DNA from: Candidatus Fokinia solitaria
GTDB taxonomy: Bacteria; Pseudomonadota; Alphaproteobacteria; Rickettsiales; Midichloriaceae
Reading direction: 5' to 3'
DNA length: 60,498 bases
Assembly (NCBI GenBank): GCA_945875075.1
Contig: CAMCJK010000001.1
Coordinates: 1-60,498, forward strand
Below the pieces are notes generated by a model. That model ran no database searches. It was not told the origin of the DNA and saw only the letters and a list, made by a program, of their open reading frames with translations. Shown here piece after piece: positions 26,535 through 37,657 of the stretch (position 1 is the first letter of the stretch; each line of letters starts with the position of its first letter). The translations under genes and the position numbers were made by a program.

Positions 26535-27188
26535 CTACACACCAGGCCCTTGCCTATTATTAGATTTCTTATTATTAACAGATTGTTTGCCTTTCTGTAA
26601 TTGTTGCTGTTTTTGCTGAAGCATTTGCTTTCCACGAGTGTTACGGTTTGTTAAACCACTGGCTAATTCTTGCATCTGTTTTTTAAATCTTGGATTGTTC
26701 TGCAGAACCTCTTTTATTGTCATTTGTCGCTGTTGTTTATCTATAGCTACAAGGTTTTGTTGTGAATTTTTACTATTTGGCATTGTTAAATCTGCATCCA
26801 TTGGATTACTTTTCCCCATAAAGCTAGAGGTAGTCGACTTTACTACATTGACATCATCCTTTGCTTCTGGTTTGTTTTTCTTCATATCACCTTCAAAGTA
26901 ATTGGACTTTTTTCGAGTAAGAGAGGAATACTCTTGTGAGATAGCTTTTGGTTTATTTACAGCTGCGAAGACATTAGATATTCTTTGACCGATGTTAGAA
27001 AGTTTTTTTCCAAAAGTAGAGAATATCCCTTCTTTCTTTTTACCATAAAAGTAGCTACTCACACTGTTATTTAAGCCAATAGCAGCTTTCTTTACTTCAT
27101 TTGTAGATTTTTCTACACCTGTAATTGAGTTCTTGAAGGCCTTTAAACTATCCTTTAAACTATCCTTTAAACTATCCTTTAATCCCAT
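26535..27188 (-). CDS. hypothetical low-complexity basic protein (paralogue 1)
   Basis: 217 aa. N-terminal LKDS x3 (12-nt tandem). C-terminal motif QQRQMTIKEVLQNNPRFKKQMQEL followed by a Q/K/N-rich tail, shared with the upstream gene. Confidence 0.6.
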   Translation of the reverse strand: MGLKDSLKDSLKDSLKAFKNSITGVEKSTNEVKKAAIGLNNSVSSYFYGKKKEGIFSTFGKKLSNIGQRISNVFAAVNKPKAISQEYSSLTRKKSNYFEGDMKKNKPEAKDDVNVVKSTTSSFMGKSNPMDADLTMPNSKNSQQNLVAIDKQQRQMTIKEVLQNNPRFKKQMQELASGLTNRNTRGKQMLQQKQQQLQKGKQSVNNKKSNNRQGPGV

Positions 27189-27211
27189 TTTTTCAATTAA
27201 TTATTTTATTT

Positions 27212-27994
27212 CTATCCAACAGATATGCCATCCCTTTGGCTACTAACAGATAGGTTGCGTTGCTGTTTTCCCTGAGGAATTTGATCTCCACGCCTGAATG
27301 ATTCTTTCATCTGTTCTTGCAAGTGTGGATTGTTCTCCAGCACCTTTTTTATTTTCATTTGTAGCTGTTGTTCATCTTTTTTGCTATCGTTGCTGCTGAT
27401 GCTGTTTCTGCTGATGCTATTGTATATTTGGTTGCCAACATTGTTTTTGCTATCGTTGCTGCTGGGTTTTATTGTGAATTTATTTCCCCCATTTTTTTTT
27501 ATGAGAGCCTCCATTAGCTTGTTGCTATTGCTGCTGCTATCGCTGCTGATGCTGATGCTGCTGCTTCTGCTGTTTTCTTCCTTATAAAACTCAGTGCTAT
27601 TATTTTTTTCCACATACTGCTCTACTATTTTACGAGGTATTTTAAAGAGCTTGATTGCTCGCTTATAGACTTTTGTCTTTTGTTTTAATTCCTTCTTTAT
27701 GCCTTTCAGCTCCTGCTCCAATCCAGCTATGTATCCCTGTATTTTCTGCTGTTGTGCTATTACTTTTGGATTTGGAATCTTCCCTCTGCATGCATTAATA
27801 ATTTTCATCCAAAATCCTGGTGAGATGGTTTTTAGTGCCTGCTTTTTTTCTTTTAAGTTTATTTTACAATTGGATTTGTTAGTCTTAAGTTGTTGATACT
27901 CATTTATAGAATATTTATACAATGTTTCCTTATTTTTATTACTGTGCTGATTAAGTTCTAACGACTCTTTCATCTTTCCAATTAATGATTTCAT
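27212..27994 (-). CDS. hypothetical coiled-coil / Ser-rich protein (paralogue 2)
   Basis: 260 aa. Lys/Gln-rich N-terminal half, poly-Ser tract (SSSISISSDSSSNSN), and C-terminal motif EQQLQMKIKKVLENNPHLQEQMKES followed by a Q-rich tail. Confidence 0.6.
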   Translation of the reverse strand: MKSLIGKMKESLELNQHSNKNKETLYKYSINEYQQLKTNKSNCKINLKEKKQALKTISPGFWMKIINACRGKIPNPKVIAQQQKIQGYIAGLEQELKGIKKELKQKTKVYKRAIKLFKIPRKIVEQYVEKNNSTEFYKEENSRSSSISISSDSSSNSNKLMEALIKKNGGNKFTIKPSSNDSKNNVGNQIYNSISRNSISSNDSKKDEQQLQMKIKKVLENNPHLQEQMKESFRRGDQIPQGKQQRNLSVSSQRDGISVG

Positions 27995-28067
27995 TTCTAT
28001 ATATCTATAATTGTATATATTTCTTATATAGATTGCAATAGTTTTGATGGAATTTGTTTGTTTGATA

Positions 28068-28952
28068 TTAAATAATCACATAATGGCAATCACTCAGTTT
28101 GTTTTTAAACCAAGTTTCTTGTCTTTTTGCATAGTTGCGAGTTAGCTGCTGTGATAAGGTAATTGTATCATCTTTTGAGGCATTACCATTGAGATATTGA
28201 ATGATTTGCTCTAGTCCTATCGCCTTTGGATACTTTATTCCAGGGAATTTATTTATTAGACACTCAACTTCCTCTAATGCACCATTTTGAATCATTGTGA
28301 TAAATCTCTCATTGATTCTACTATATAAGTTTGATCTATCTGGTCTGACCCATATTTTCATATAGTTAATTACATCAACATATTTATGGTTGTTTGTATG
28401 CCATTCAGAAATTGTCTTATTTGTATGTTCAAACACCTCTAATGCCCTAGCTATCCTCTGTGAATCATTTTTTGATCTTCTTGCAGCAGATATAGGGTCA
28501 ACTGAAGAAAGCCTTTGTTGTATTGCATGTACCCCAAATGTCTTAATATCCTTTAGTATTTTTTCATTGATTTTAATTGGGATGCTAGGGATTACTGTTA
28601 GTCCATTCAGCAGACTATTAATATACATCCCAGTGCCTCCAATAATTATTGGTATAATGTTTTGATGTATAGTTTTAGAAATCATTTCTAGCCATCTTGC
28701 AACTGAAAAGTCATCATCACCTACAGATATTATTCCATATAAGTAATGTCTCAGTAGTGACTGTGGCTGCGCAGTGATGATAGGTATTTCCTTATAGACC
28801 TGCATAGAATCAGCATTAACTATGATTGCATTGCTGATTTTATTTAATAATTCTAAACCTAAAGATGACTTCCCACTAGCAGTAGCTCCATATAGAATTA
28901 TTCCATTGAAATTTTTTTCTTTAAAAGTCTTAATGATTTTATCTACATACAT
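28068..28952 (-). CDS. miaA: tRNA dimethylallyltransferase
   Basis: P-loop GATASGKSS followed by ADSMQVYKEIPIITAQP, the MiaA signature. 294 aa. Confidence 0.9.
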   Translation of the reverse strand: MYVDKIIKTFKEKNFNGIILYGATASGKSSLGLELLNKISNAIIVNADSMQVYKEIPIITAQPQSLLRHYLYGIISVGDDDFSVARWLEMISKTIHQNIIPIIIGGTGMYINSLLNGLTVIPSIPIKINEKILKDIKTFGVHAIQQRLSSVDPISAARRSKNDSQRIARALEVFEHTNKTISEWHTNNHKYVDVINYMKIWVRPDRSNLYSRINERFITMIQNGALEEVECLINKFPGIKYPKAIGLEQIIQYLNGNASKDDTITLSQQLTRNYAKRQETWFKNKLSDCHYVII

Positions 28953-30511
28953 ACCTTTACTATTGTATTATATTTCTCAGGAGATTCTTTAAGCAACTGT
29001 TTAGCCCTATCTAGTATAAATTCCATTACATCTTTAGTGGTTCCTAGTGCAGAAATATTCAAATTATTCATTAGCTCATTATGTGTAGATATCATTCTTA
29101 CTATACCTATTGCAGCTCTTCTTAATGCATATGGATCCTTGGTGGAGGTTGGCTTTATACCTATGTTAAAAAGACTCTGTAATGTATCTAATTTATCTGA
29201 TATTGCAACTATACATCCTACTAATGTCTCAGGTAATGAATCATTCGGTCCGCAAGGTTTATAATGATCTCTTATAGCTATAGCTATGTCTTCGTTGTAG
29301 CCGCTTTGTATTGCATAATAATATCCAATTACACCTTGTAGCTCAGGAAACTCTCCAACCATTTGAGTTACTAAATCATTTTTACAAATTCTAGATGCTT
29401 GTTCTGCAGCTTTAGAATCAATTTTGATTTGATTGCAAATTTTATTTGCTAAATCTTTTATTCTGATAACTTTTTCATATACACTACCAATATCTTTATG
29501 AAATTGTATTTTATGTAGTTTTTCTGAGAAATTCATAAATTGAGTCTTTGAATCGGTTTTAATGAAGTGCTGAGCATCAGAAAGCCTCGCCATTAGAACC
29601 TTTTCATTACCATTAATTATTGTCACCCCACCATCATCTGGAGAAATATCTGATACTATTATGAAATATGGAGCAAGGTTCATATTCTTATCTTGTAATA
29701 AAAGATATTTTTGATGGTTTTTAAGTGATGTAACTAAAACCTCTGTCGGTAATGACATAAAGCTGCTATTAATCCTTCCTAGAAATACCAATGGATTTTC
29801 TACTAGCCCAACTATTTCATCTAGTAATGATTTGTCATCTAGTAACATTAAACTCATTGGCTTGATTATAAGATCTATTTGATCGAGGATTGATTGTTTC
29901 CTTTCTTTGTGTGAAATTATAACTCCATTTTGTTTGAGTAGATCTCGGTATTCTATAGGATCTGATGACTTTATCTGAATTTTTGGTGAGCCTTGAGATC
30001 TATGTCCATATGTTACATTGCCTGACTTTATATGTCCTAATTTTATGTCTAAAACTTTTTCATCTAATATGCATGTTATAGCATGAATTGGCCTTATCCA
30101 TTTGATGTTGTGTTGATTCCATAGCATTGACTTAGGCCAGATCATTTTACCTATTGCCGTTGAAATATTTTTTGATAATTCATCTATGCACTCCTTTTGA
30201 GATAGCAATCGTTCAAGGATTAAGACACCATTAGCCTCTTTTAATTCATTGATATTGTTGATGTTATATTTATTCATAAAGCCTTTTATAGCCTCTTGTG
30301 GAGCCATAATCTTAGGACCTTTTATAGATATTTTATCATTTAATTTATAGTCATTAATTATGATACATAAGTGTCTAGGACTCACCAGACCATCTATTTG
30401 TGTAGTGATATCTAGTGTTGTACATATTGTTGAAATGAATTTTTCTAATCCTTCTAACTGCATTACAGCAGGGATTTCTTCCGAGAATATTTCTAATAAA
30501 ATTTTTGACAT
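28943..30511 (-). CDS. glyS: glycine--tRNA ligase beta subunit (short form, 522 aa)
   Basis: The N-terminus MSKILLEIFSEEIPA is the canonical GlyS start. The body is conserved through ...DPYALRRAAIGIVRM. It ends shortly after FILDRAKQLL, with a 10-nt overlap with miaA. Confidence 0.85.
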   Translation of the reverse strand: MSKILLEIFSEEIPAVMQLEGLEKFISTICTTLDITTQIDGLVSPRHLCIIINDYKLNDKISIKGPKIMAPQEAIKGFMNKYNINNINELKEANGVLILERLLSQKECIDELSKNISTAIGKMIWPKSMLWNQHNIKWIRPIHAITCILDEKVLDIKLGHIKSGNVTYGHRSQGSPKIQIKSSDPIEYRDLLKQNGVIISHKERKQSILDQIDLIIKPMSLMLLDDKSLLDEIVGLVENPLVFLGRINSSFMSLPTEVLVTSLKNHQKYLLLQDKNMNLAPYFIIVSDISPDDGGVTIINGNEKVLMARLSDAQHFIKTDSKTQFMNFSEKLHKIQFHKDIGSVYEKVIRIKDLANKICNQIKIDSKAAEQASRICKNDLVTQMVGEFPELQGVIGYYYAIQSGYNEDIAIAIRDHYKPCGPNDSLPETLVGCIVAISDKLDTLQSLFNIGIKPTSTKDPYALRRAAIGIVRMISTHNELMNNLNISALGTTKDVMEFILDRAKQLLKESPEKYNTIVKVCM

Positions 30512-30598
30512 GATTTACTTTCAGCAATTAAAGAGTATTATCTATATACCACAAACAAACATATGAGCTCAAAAATTCTTAGAATTATAATATGAGTA

Positions 30599-31915
30599 AT
30601 GAATTTTGCATTAATAATATTGAGTTTTTATACTTTAATCACTAAAGCTCTACACTATCCATTAAAAATTTACCTTAAGCTTAGAGTTAGAAATAACAAA
30701 GAAGATTTTCAACGATCTCAAGAGAAACTTTGTATATATAATAAAACATTTGCTAATGAGTTATTAAATGCAAAAAGAGGTAAAGAAGTTATACATATTC
30801 ATGCTGCTAGTGCTGGGGAATTTAATGCAATAAAACCTTTGCTGAAAATACTAGATCATCCAACTAGGTATCTTCTTGTTACTACAGTGACAATTAGCGG
30901 CGCATTAGCTTTTAAACAGTATCAGCATACAAGTGCTAATATACAGCATGTTTATATGCCTCTTGATACTCCACAAGCTATTAAAGCTTTTGTTGATTTT
31001 TGGTCACCAGCTGCATTAATTTTAGTTGAATCTGAAATATGGCCAAATCTTTTAAGAATCACAGCTAAAAAACAAAAAATCTGTATAATTAATGCTAGAT
31101 TATCTGAGAGATCTTTCAGAAGATGGTCTAAAATTTCCTTTTTATTAAGGGAGCTACTAAAAACATGCTCCTTTGTATCTACTGGTACAAAAACTGATTA
31201 TAATCATTATAAGAAGTTTTGCAGAAACGTTTATTTAACTGGTAATTTAAAATATGATGGTGAGCTATTAACAGTAAATACTTTTGAGCTTGAAGAGATC
31301 CAGAGATCCATTAGCAATAGAACAGTGATAGCTTGTATCAGTACCCATCCTGGTGAAGAAGAATTGTTATTAAAAGTTTATAAGGAGTTAAAAGTCACAA
31401 TACCTACACTGCTGATGATTATAGCGCCACGACATATACATCGAGGAGAAGAAATATCTAACCTATGTTTTGATAATCAACTGACTTCAATTTTAAGATC
31501 ACAAGATAATCAAAAAACAAATCATATTCCAAATGATACTGAGATTTACGTTTTTAATACAATTGGCGAATTAGGTTTGGTTTTCAAAATTGCAAAGATA
31601 GTATTTGTAGGTGGGACTTTAGTTAATATCGGTGGGCATAATGTTTGTGAACCAATACAATCAGGCTGTACTGTTATTACTGGAAAATATCATCAGAATT
31701 TCTTAGATGTTATTGAAGATATGAAAAACCATAATGGATTAATTACTGTGAATGATGCAGCCGAACTGACTGCAACCATCTTAGATCTCATAGCCAATCC
31801 TGCAAAAGCACAGGAAATAGCTAACAATGGTAAAAAATGTATAGAGTCAAATAAAGGTGCTATACAAAATACCGTTAATTTATTAGAAAGATTTGGCTTT
31901 ATCATGGTTGAGTAG
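30599..31915 (+). CDS. waaA: 3-deoxy-D-manno-octulosonic acid (Kdo) transferase
   Basis: 438 aa. N-terminal membrane anchor, IHIHAASAGEFNAIKPL and GGTLVNIGGHNVCEP blocks typical of WaaA/KdtA. Confidence 0.85.
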   Translation: MNFALIILSFYTLITKALHYPLKIYLKLRVRNNKEDFQRSQEKLCIYNKTFANELLNAKRGKEVIHIHAASAGEFNAIKPLLKILDHPTRYLLVTTVTISGALAFKQYQHTSANIQHVYMPLDTPQAIKAFVDFWSPAALILVESEIWPNLLRITAKKQKICIINARLSERSFRRWSKISFLLRELLKTCSFVSTGTKTDYNHYKKFCRNVYLTGNLKYDGELLTVNTFELEEIQRSISNRTVIACISTHPGEEELLLKVYKELKVTIPTLLMIIAPRHIHRGEEISNLCFDNQLTSILRSQDNQKTNHIPNDTEIYVFNTIGELGLVFKIAKIVFVGGTLVNIGGHNVCEPIQSGCTVITGKYHQNFLDVIEDMKNHNGLITVNDAAELTATILDLIANPAKAQEIANNGKKCIESNKGAIQNTVNLLERFGFIMVE

Positions 31916-33262
31916 CTTGTCTAAATTTTTTGCTAATTGCTTAATTTTATAAATCTCTTGATGAGTCTTTGGTTTGAATGTGGTATAGTCTTGAATTTTT
32001 TGCACCACACTCTCAGGTAACCATGAGCACAACCATTCTGTCCATGTAGGAGATGATTTTAGCATCTGCTTATTATCATCTGAGATAAGTCCTTGATTAT
32101 TGGATGCAAAACCATCAAGTACTTTATATAATTGCTCTGCATTAGCTTCTTTATCTTTATGATCTGATAATGACGCGATTGTGTCAATAAATGCATCTTG
32201 TTGATGTGTTATATATTTACCACACGCTTCCCAACCCTTAATTAATACCGGAATATGCCTTTTTATACCCACTTCACTCAATTCAAAGTGATTAAATAAA
32301 TCAAATATATCATCTACTGATTCGATCTTTTTTATTAGCTTTTTTTGACTATCCTTATCTAAAAGGGTTAGGAATTTATAATCTTTAATAAGCTGGTCTT
32401 GTGCAATAGATGGGATGATATTTTTTGCTTCGGAATAAAAATCAGTTAGATGATGGCAAATCATTATTGGATAATGAGGATTATGCCTGTATTGTATTTG
32501 TGTTTTGATTGCATCCTTAATGTCCTGAGGAGAACTATTTGACTTATATATACCTATCAATTGTTTAATGTATTCTTGAGCCTTTGCTTGTTGATCACCT
32601 GTCATAATCTCATTTGAAGCTGGTAGTGGATATATAGGCTGTTCTTGAATGATTGATTCATTTTTTGCATCAATTTGGTTGATATCCTGTTTTGCATAAT
32701 TAAATTGAGAACAGAATTTTTTAAATTGTTGATCATTTTTTAACTCTAGTATCGCATGATCCTCGAGTAAAATTTGACATTCTTCTGTATAACCTGAATA
32801 ACATTTTAACAAGCTATACAGTTCTAGCGCAGTAGTTTTTGCACTGTTTTTATTAGTAATATTACTCTCCACTATTTTGCAAAAATCAAAATAGTTGTTC
32901 TTATTAAATAATTGTATTATTTCATCTGCTGAGTTGATTGTTTGTGGAATCAAAACTTCTTCCTCTTTTGGGATATATTGAATAATTAGGTCCTTTGCCC
33001 GAGCACGATAATGAACGATTATCGCCTGCAACAATTCATTAGTAGTTGATTCAGTTTTATTATATTTTTGTGCTATACTGTCTATATTCTTGAGAGTGAA
33101 ATGTGTGCTTATACAGTCATTCATTTTGTCTTCTTCTTCTGCAACTTTAGAATTAACTAGCTTAGCTATTTTTATTAATGATAAGCCTGATAGTTTTGAC
33201 AGTTCTTCTTCCTTAATCGTTATCTCAATCGTTTTCAGATCTTTTTTGTATTTATTTGTCAT
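31883..33262 (-). CDS. hypothetical 459-aa soluble protein (effector-like orphan)
   Basis: Long ORF with ordinary local codon composition. No signal peptide and no recognisable motif. Its 3' end overlaps the waaA 3' end by 33 nt (convergent). Confidence 0.55.
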   Translation of the reverse strand: MTNKYKKDLKTIEITIKEEELSKLSGLSLIKIAKLVNSKVAEEEDKMNDCISTHFTLKNIDSIAQKYNKTESTTNELLQAIIVHYRARAKDLIIQYIPKEEEVLIPQTINSADEIIQLFNKNNYFDFCKIVESNITNKNSAKTTALELYSLLKCYSGYTEECQILLEDHAILELKNDQQFKKFCSQFNYAKQDINQIDAKNESIIQEQPIYPLPASNEIMTGDQQAKAQEYIKQLIGIYKSNSSPQDIKDAIKTQIQYRHNPHYPIMICHHLTDFYSEAKNIIPSIAQDQLIKDYKFLTLLDKDSQKKLIKKIESVDDIFDLFNHFELSEVGIKRHIPVLIKGWEACGKYITHQQDAFIDTIASLSDHKDKEANAEQLYKVLDGFASNNQGLISDDNKQMLKSSPTWTEWLCSWLPESVVQKIQDYTTFKPKTHQEIYKIKQLAKNLDKLLNHDKAKSF

Positions 33263-33551
33263 TTCTTTATATAATTTCTAATGTTTTTTATGTTAGATCA
33301 AGAAAGATCATTATTTTTCCTATAGCAGTTGCTACACCCAGTGCAATACAAATACATAATGCAACTGGATTGTACATTTTAGAATCTTTTTTAATGTTAA
33401 CTACTATTTACAGTATATAAATTAATATTACAGAAATATTACAAAAATTTGATTTTTGAGGATTCTTTAGAAAAAAATTTTTTGAACTGAGAAATTGAGA
33501 ATGATTCAATATGGGGGGGAAGAGGGATATAATAAATGATGAAACTGCAGA

Positions 33552-33667
33552 GCCTGGCAACGTCTTACTCTCCCGCGTCTTAAGACGAAGTACCATCAGC
33601 GATGGAGCTTTTCACTTCTGAGTTCGGAATGGGATCAGGTGTTTCGTCTCCTCTATAACCACCAGGC
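33552..33667 (-). rRNA. rrf: 5S rRNA
   Basis: The reverse complement reads GCCTGGTGGTTATAGAGGAGACGAAACACCTGATCCCATTCCGAACTCAGAAGTGAAAAGC...GTTGCCAGGC. It has the conserved loop sequence CCGAACTCAGAAGTGAAA and a terminal helix GCCTGG/CCAGGC. Confidence 0.93.
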
Positions 33668-33779
33668 TTTGCAGTTTCACAATGATGTAGATCAAAGAGT
33701 TAAGTAAAACAAACTAAATTAACTAAAAGCGATATACAAGTTTTGCACTGTATGCAAATAAGTACAAGCGTTTAAAGTT

Positions 33780-36528
<2,749 letters not shown>

Positions 36529-36668
36529 AAAATTACAACGCTGACTTATTTTGCTTACAGAACAAAACCTATATGGTTTTGCTCAGCGAATTTTGCTTTG
36601 TTTTTTACTTTTGAGTGTTAGTTTGTTTTACTTTACTTTTTAAATAACTTTGATTCACATGGAAACAA

Positions 36669-36697
36669 TTTATACATGGGATGTACAAAGGTGTCAA
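36669..36697 (-). promoter_or_regulatory. candidate sigma70 promoter for the 23S-5S operon
   Basis: On the minus strand: TTGACA (36697-36692), a 17-nt spacer, then TATAAA (36674-36669). It lies about 140 nt upstream of the estimated 23S 5' end and is preceded by a long A/T tract (UP-element-like). Confidence 0.5.
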
Positions 36698-36933
36698 TAG
36701 GTTTTTAGAAAAAAAGTTAATTTTTTTTAAAAAAACAAATAAAATTTGTATAATCAGACCCAGCTTCCCCACTGTAAAAATCAATATTTTATAGCAATAG
36801 CGCTATTATAGGCTTATAGAAGCTTAAACAGACTACTATAAAGTTTCAAGATATTAATAATTTAAATTAGAGACTCCTAACTTTTTAGATGGCAACAAAA
36901 TATTTAAGCAAATGTAATTATCAATCAGCCAGT

Positions 36934-37542
36934 TTAATGTGAAATAATTTCTTCTCCCCAGCCAAGAATATCTAATTGTGCTCTAGTTGGGATGAATTTG
37001 AAGCATCCTTCTGCTATCTTCAATCTTTTTTCCCTTTTTAATCTAACTTTTAAGATATCCATCAACTTATGAAGGTGTATTACATCATTGGCTGCATAGT
37101 TTATCTGCTCCGGAGTCAAATTTTCTGCCCCCCAATCGGAACATGTTTCTTGTTTTGATAGTTTCACATTTAATAGATCATCACATAAATGTCTTAAACT
37201 GTGGTTATCTGTATAGGTTCTTGTGAGTTTAGAGGCTATTTTTGTACAGAAGATGTTATCTATTCGGATTTTTAAGTAATGCTGTAATATTGCTATGTCA
37301 AACCTTGCATAATGCATGATTTTCAAAACATCTTTATCTGATAATATTTTTCTTAAAATTTTACATTCAAAGTTTGGCGTTGGGAAATGTATGACGTGAA
37401 TGTCTCCTTTATTATCACTGATTTGTATTACACAGAGCCTATCTCTGATATTATTTAAACCCATTGCCTCAGTGTCTATTGCAATGACATTACCAAGTAT
37501 AATATTCTCTGGTAGGTCGTATTTATGTAAATTTATATTCAC
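36934..37542 (-). CDS. rnd: 3'-5' exonuclease, RNase D-like (DEDDy) single-domain form
   Basis: 202 aa. ExoI motif IAIDTEAMGL, HYARFDIAIL, and YAANDVIHLHKL (ExoIII with Tyr). Confidence 0.8.
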   Translation of the reverse strand: MNINLHKYDLPENIILGNVIAIDTEAMGLNNIRDRLCVIQISDNKGDIHVIHFPTPNFECKILRKILSDKDVLKIMHYARFDIAILQHYLKIRIDNIFCTKIASKLTRTYTDNHSLRHLCDDLLNVKLSKQETCSDWGAENLTPEQINYAANDVIHLHKLMDILKVRLKREKRLKIAEGCFKFIPTRAQLDILGWGEEIISH

Positions 37543-37657
37543 AGTTTTTTATGACCCATAATAACATATAATAAAAATTAGACAAAAATCTATTGTGAAT
37601 TTGACATTTATGTTAAAATATAAAGCAACATTATACCTTTGTGTAAAATAAAACACT

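Noticed and set aside
27330-27587. 85-aa Leu-rich + strand ORF
   Set aside because: It is the antisense reading of the Ser/Gln-codon repeat tract of the 27212..27994 gene (AGC/GCT periodicity), so it is an artefact of simple sequence.
33288-33377. 29-aa hydrophobic minus-strand ORF (MYNPVALCICIALGVATAIGKIMIFLDLT)
   Set aside because: It is too short and has no recognisable ribosome-binding site or family. It could be a small membrane peptide, but sequence alone does not support it.
33408-33596. 62-aa minus-strand ORF
   Set aside because: It overlaps the 3' part of the 5S rRNA gene and its downstream spacer, so it is spurious.
36796-36807. 12-bp perfect palindrome aatagcgctatt between rnd and the rRNA promoter
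   Set aside because: It is a single short palindrome in AT-rich DNA, with no second site or partner gene to suggest an operator, so it cannot be supported.
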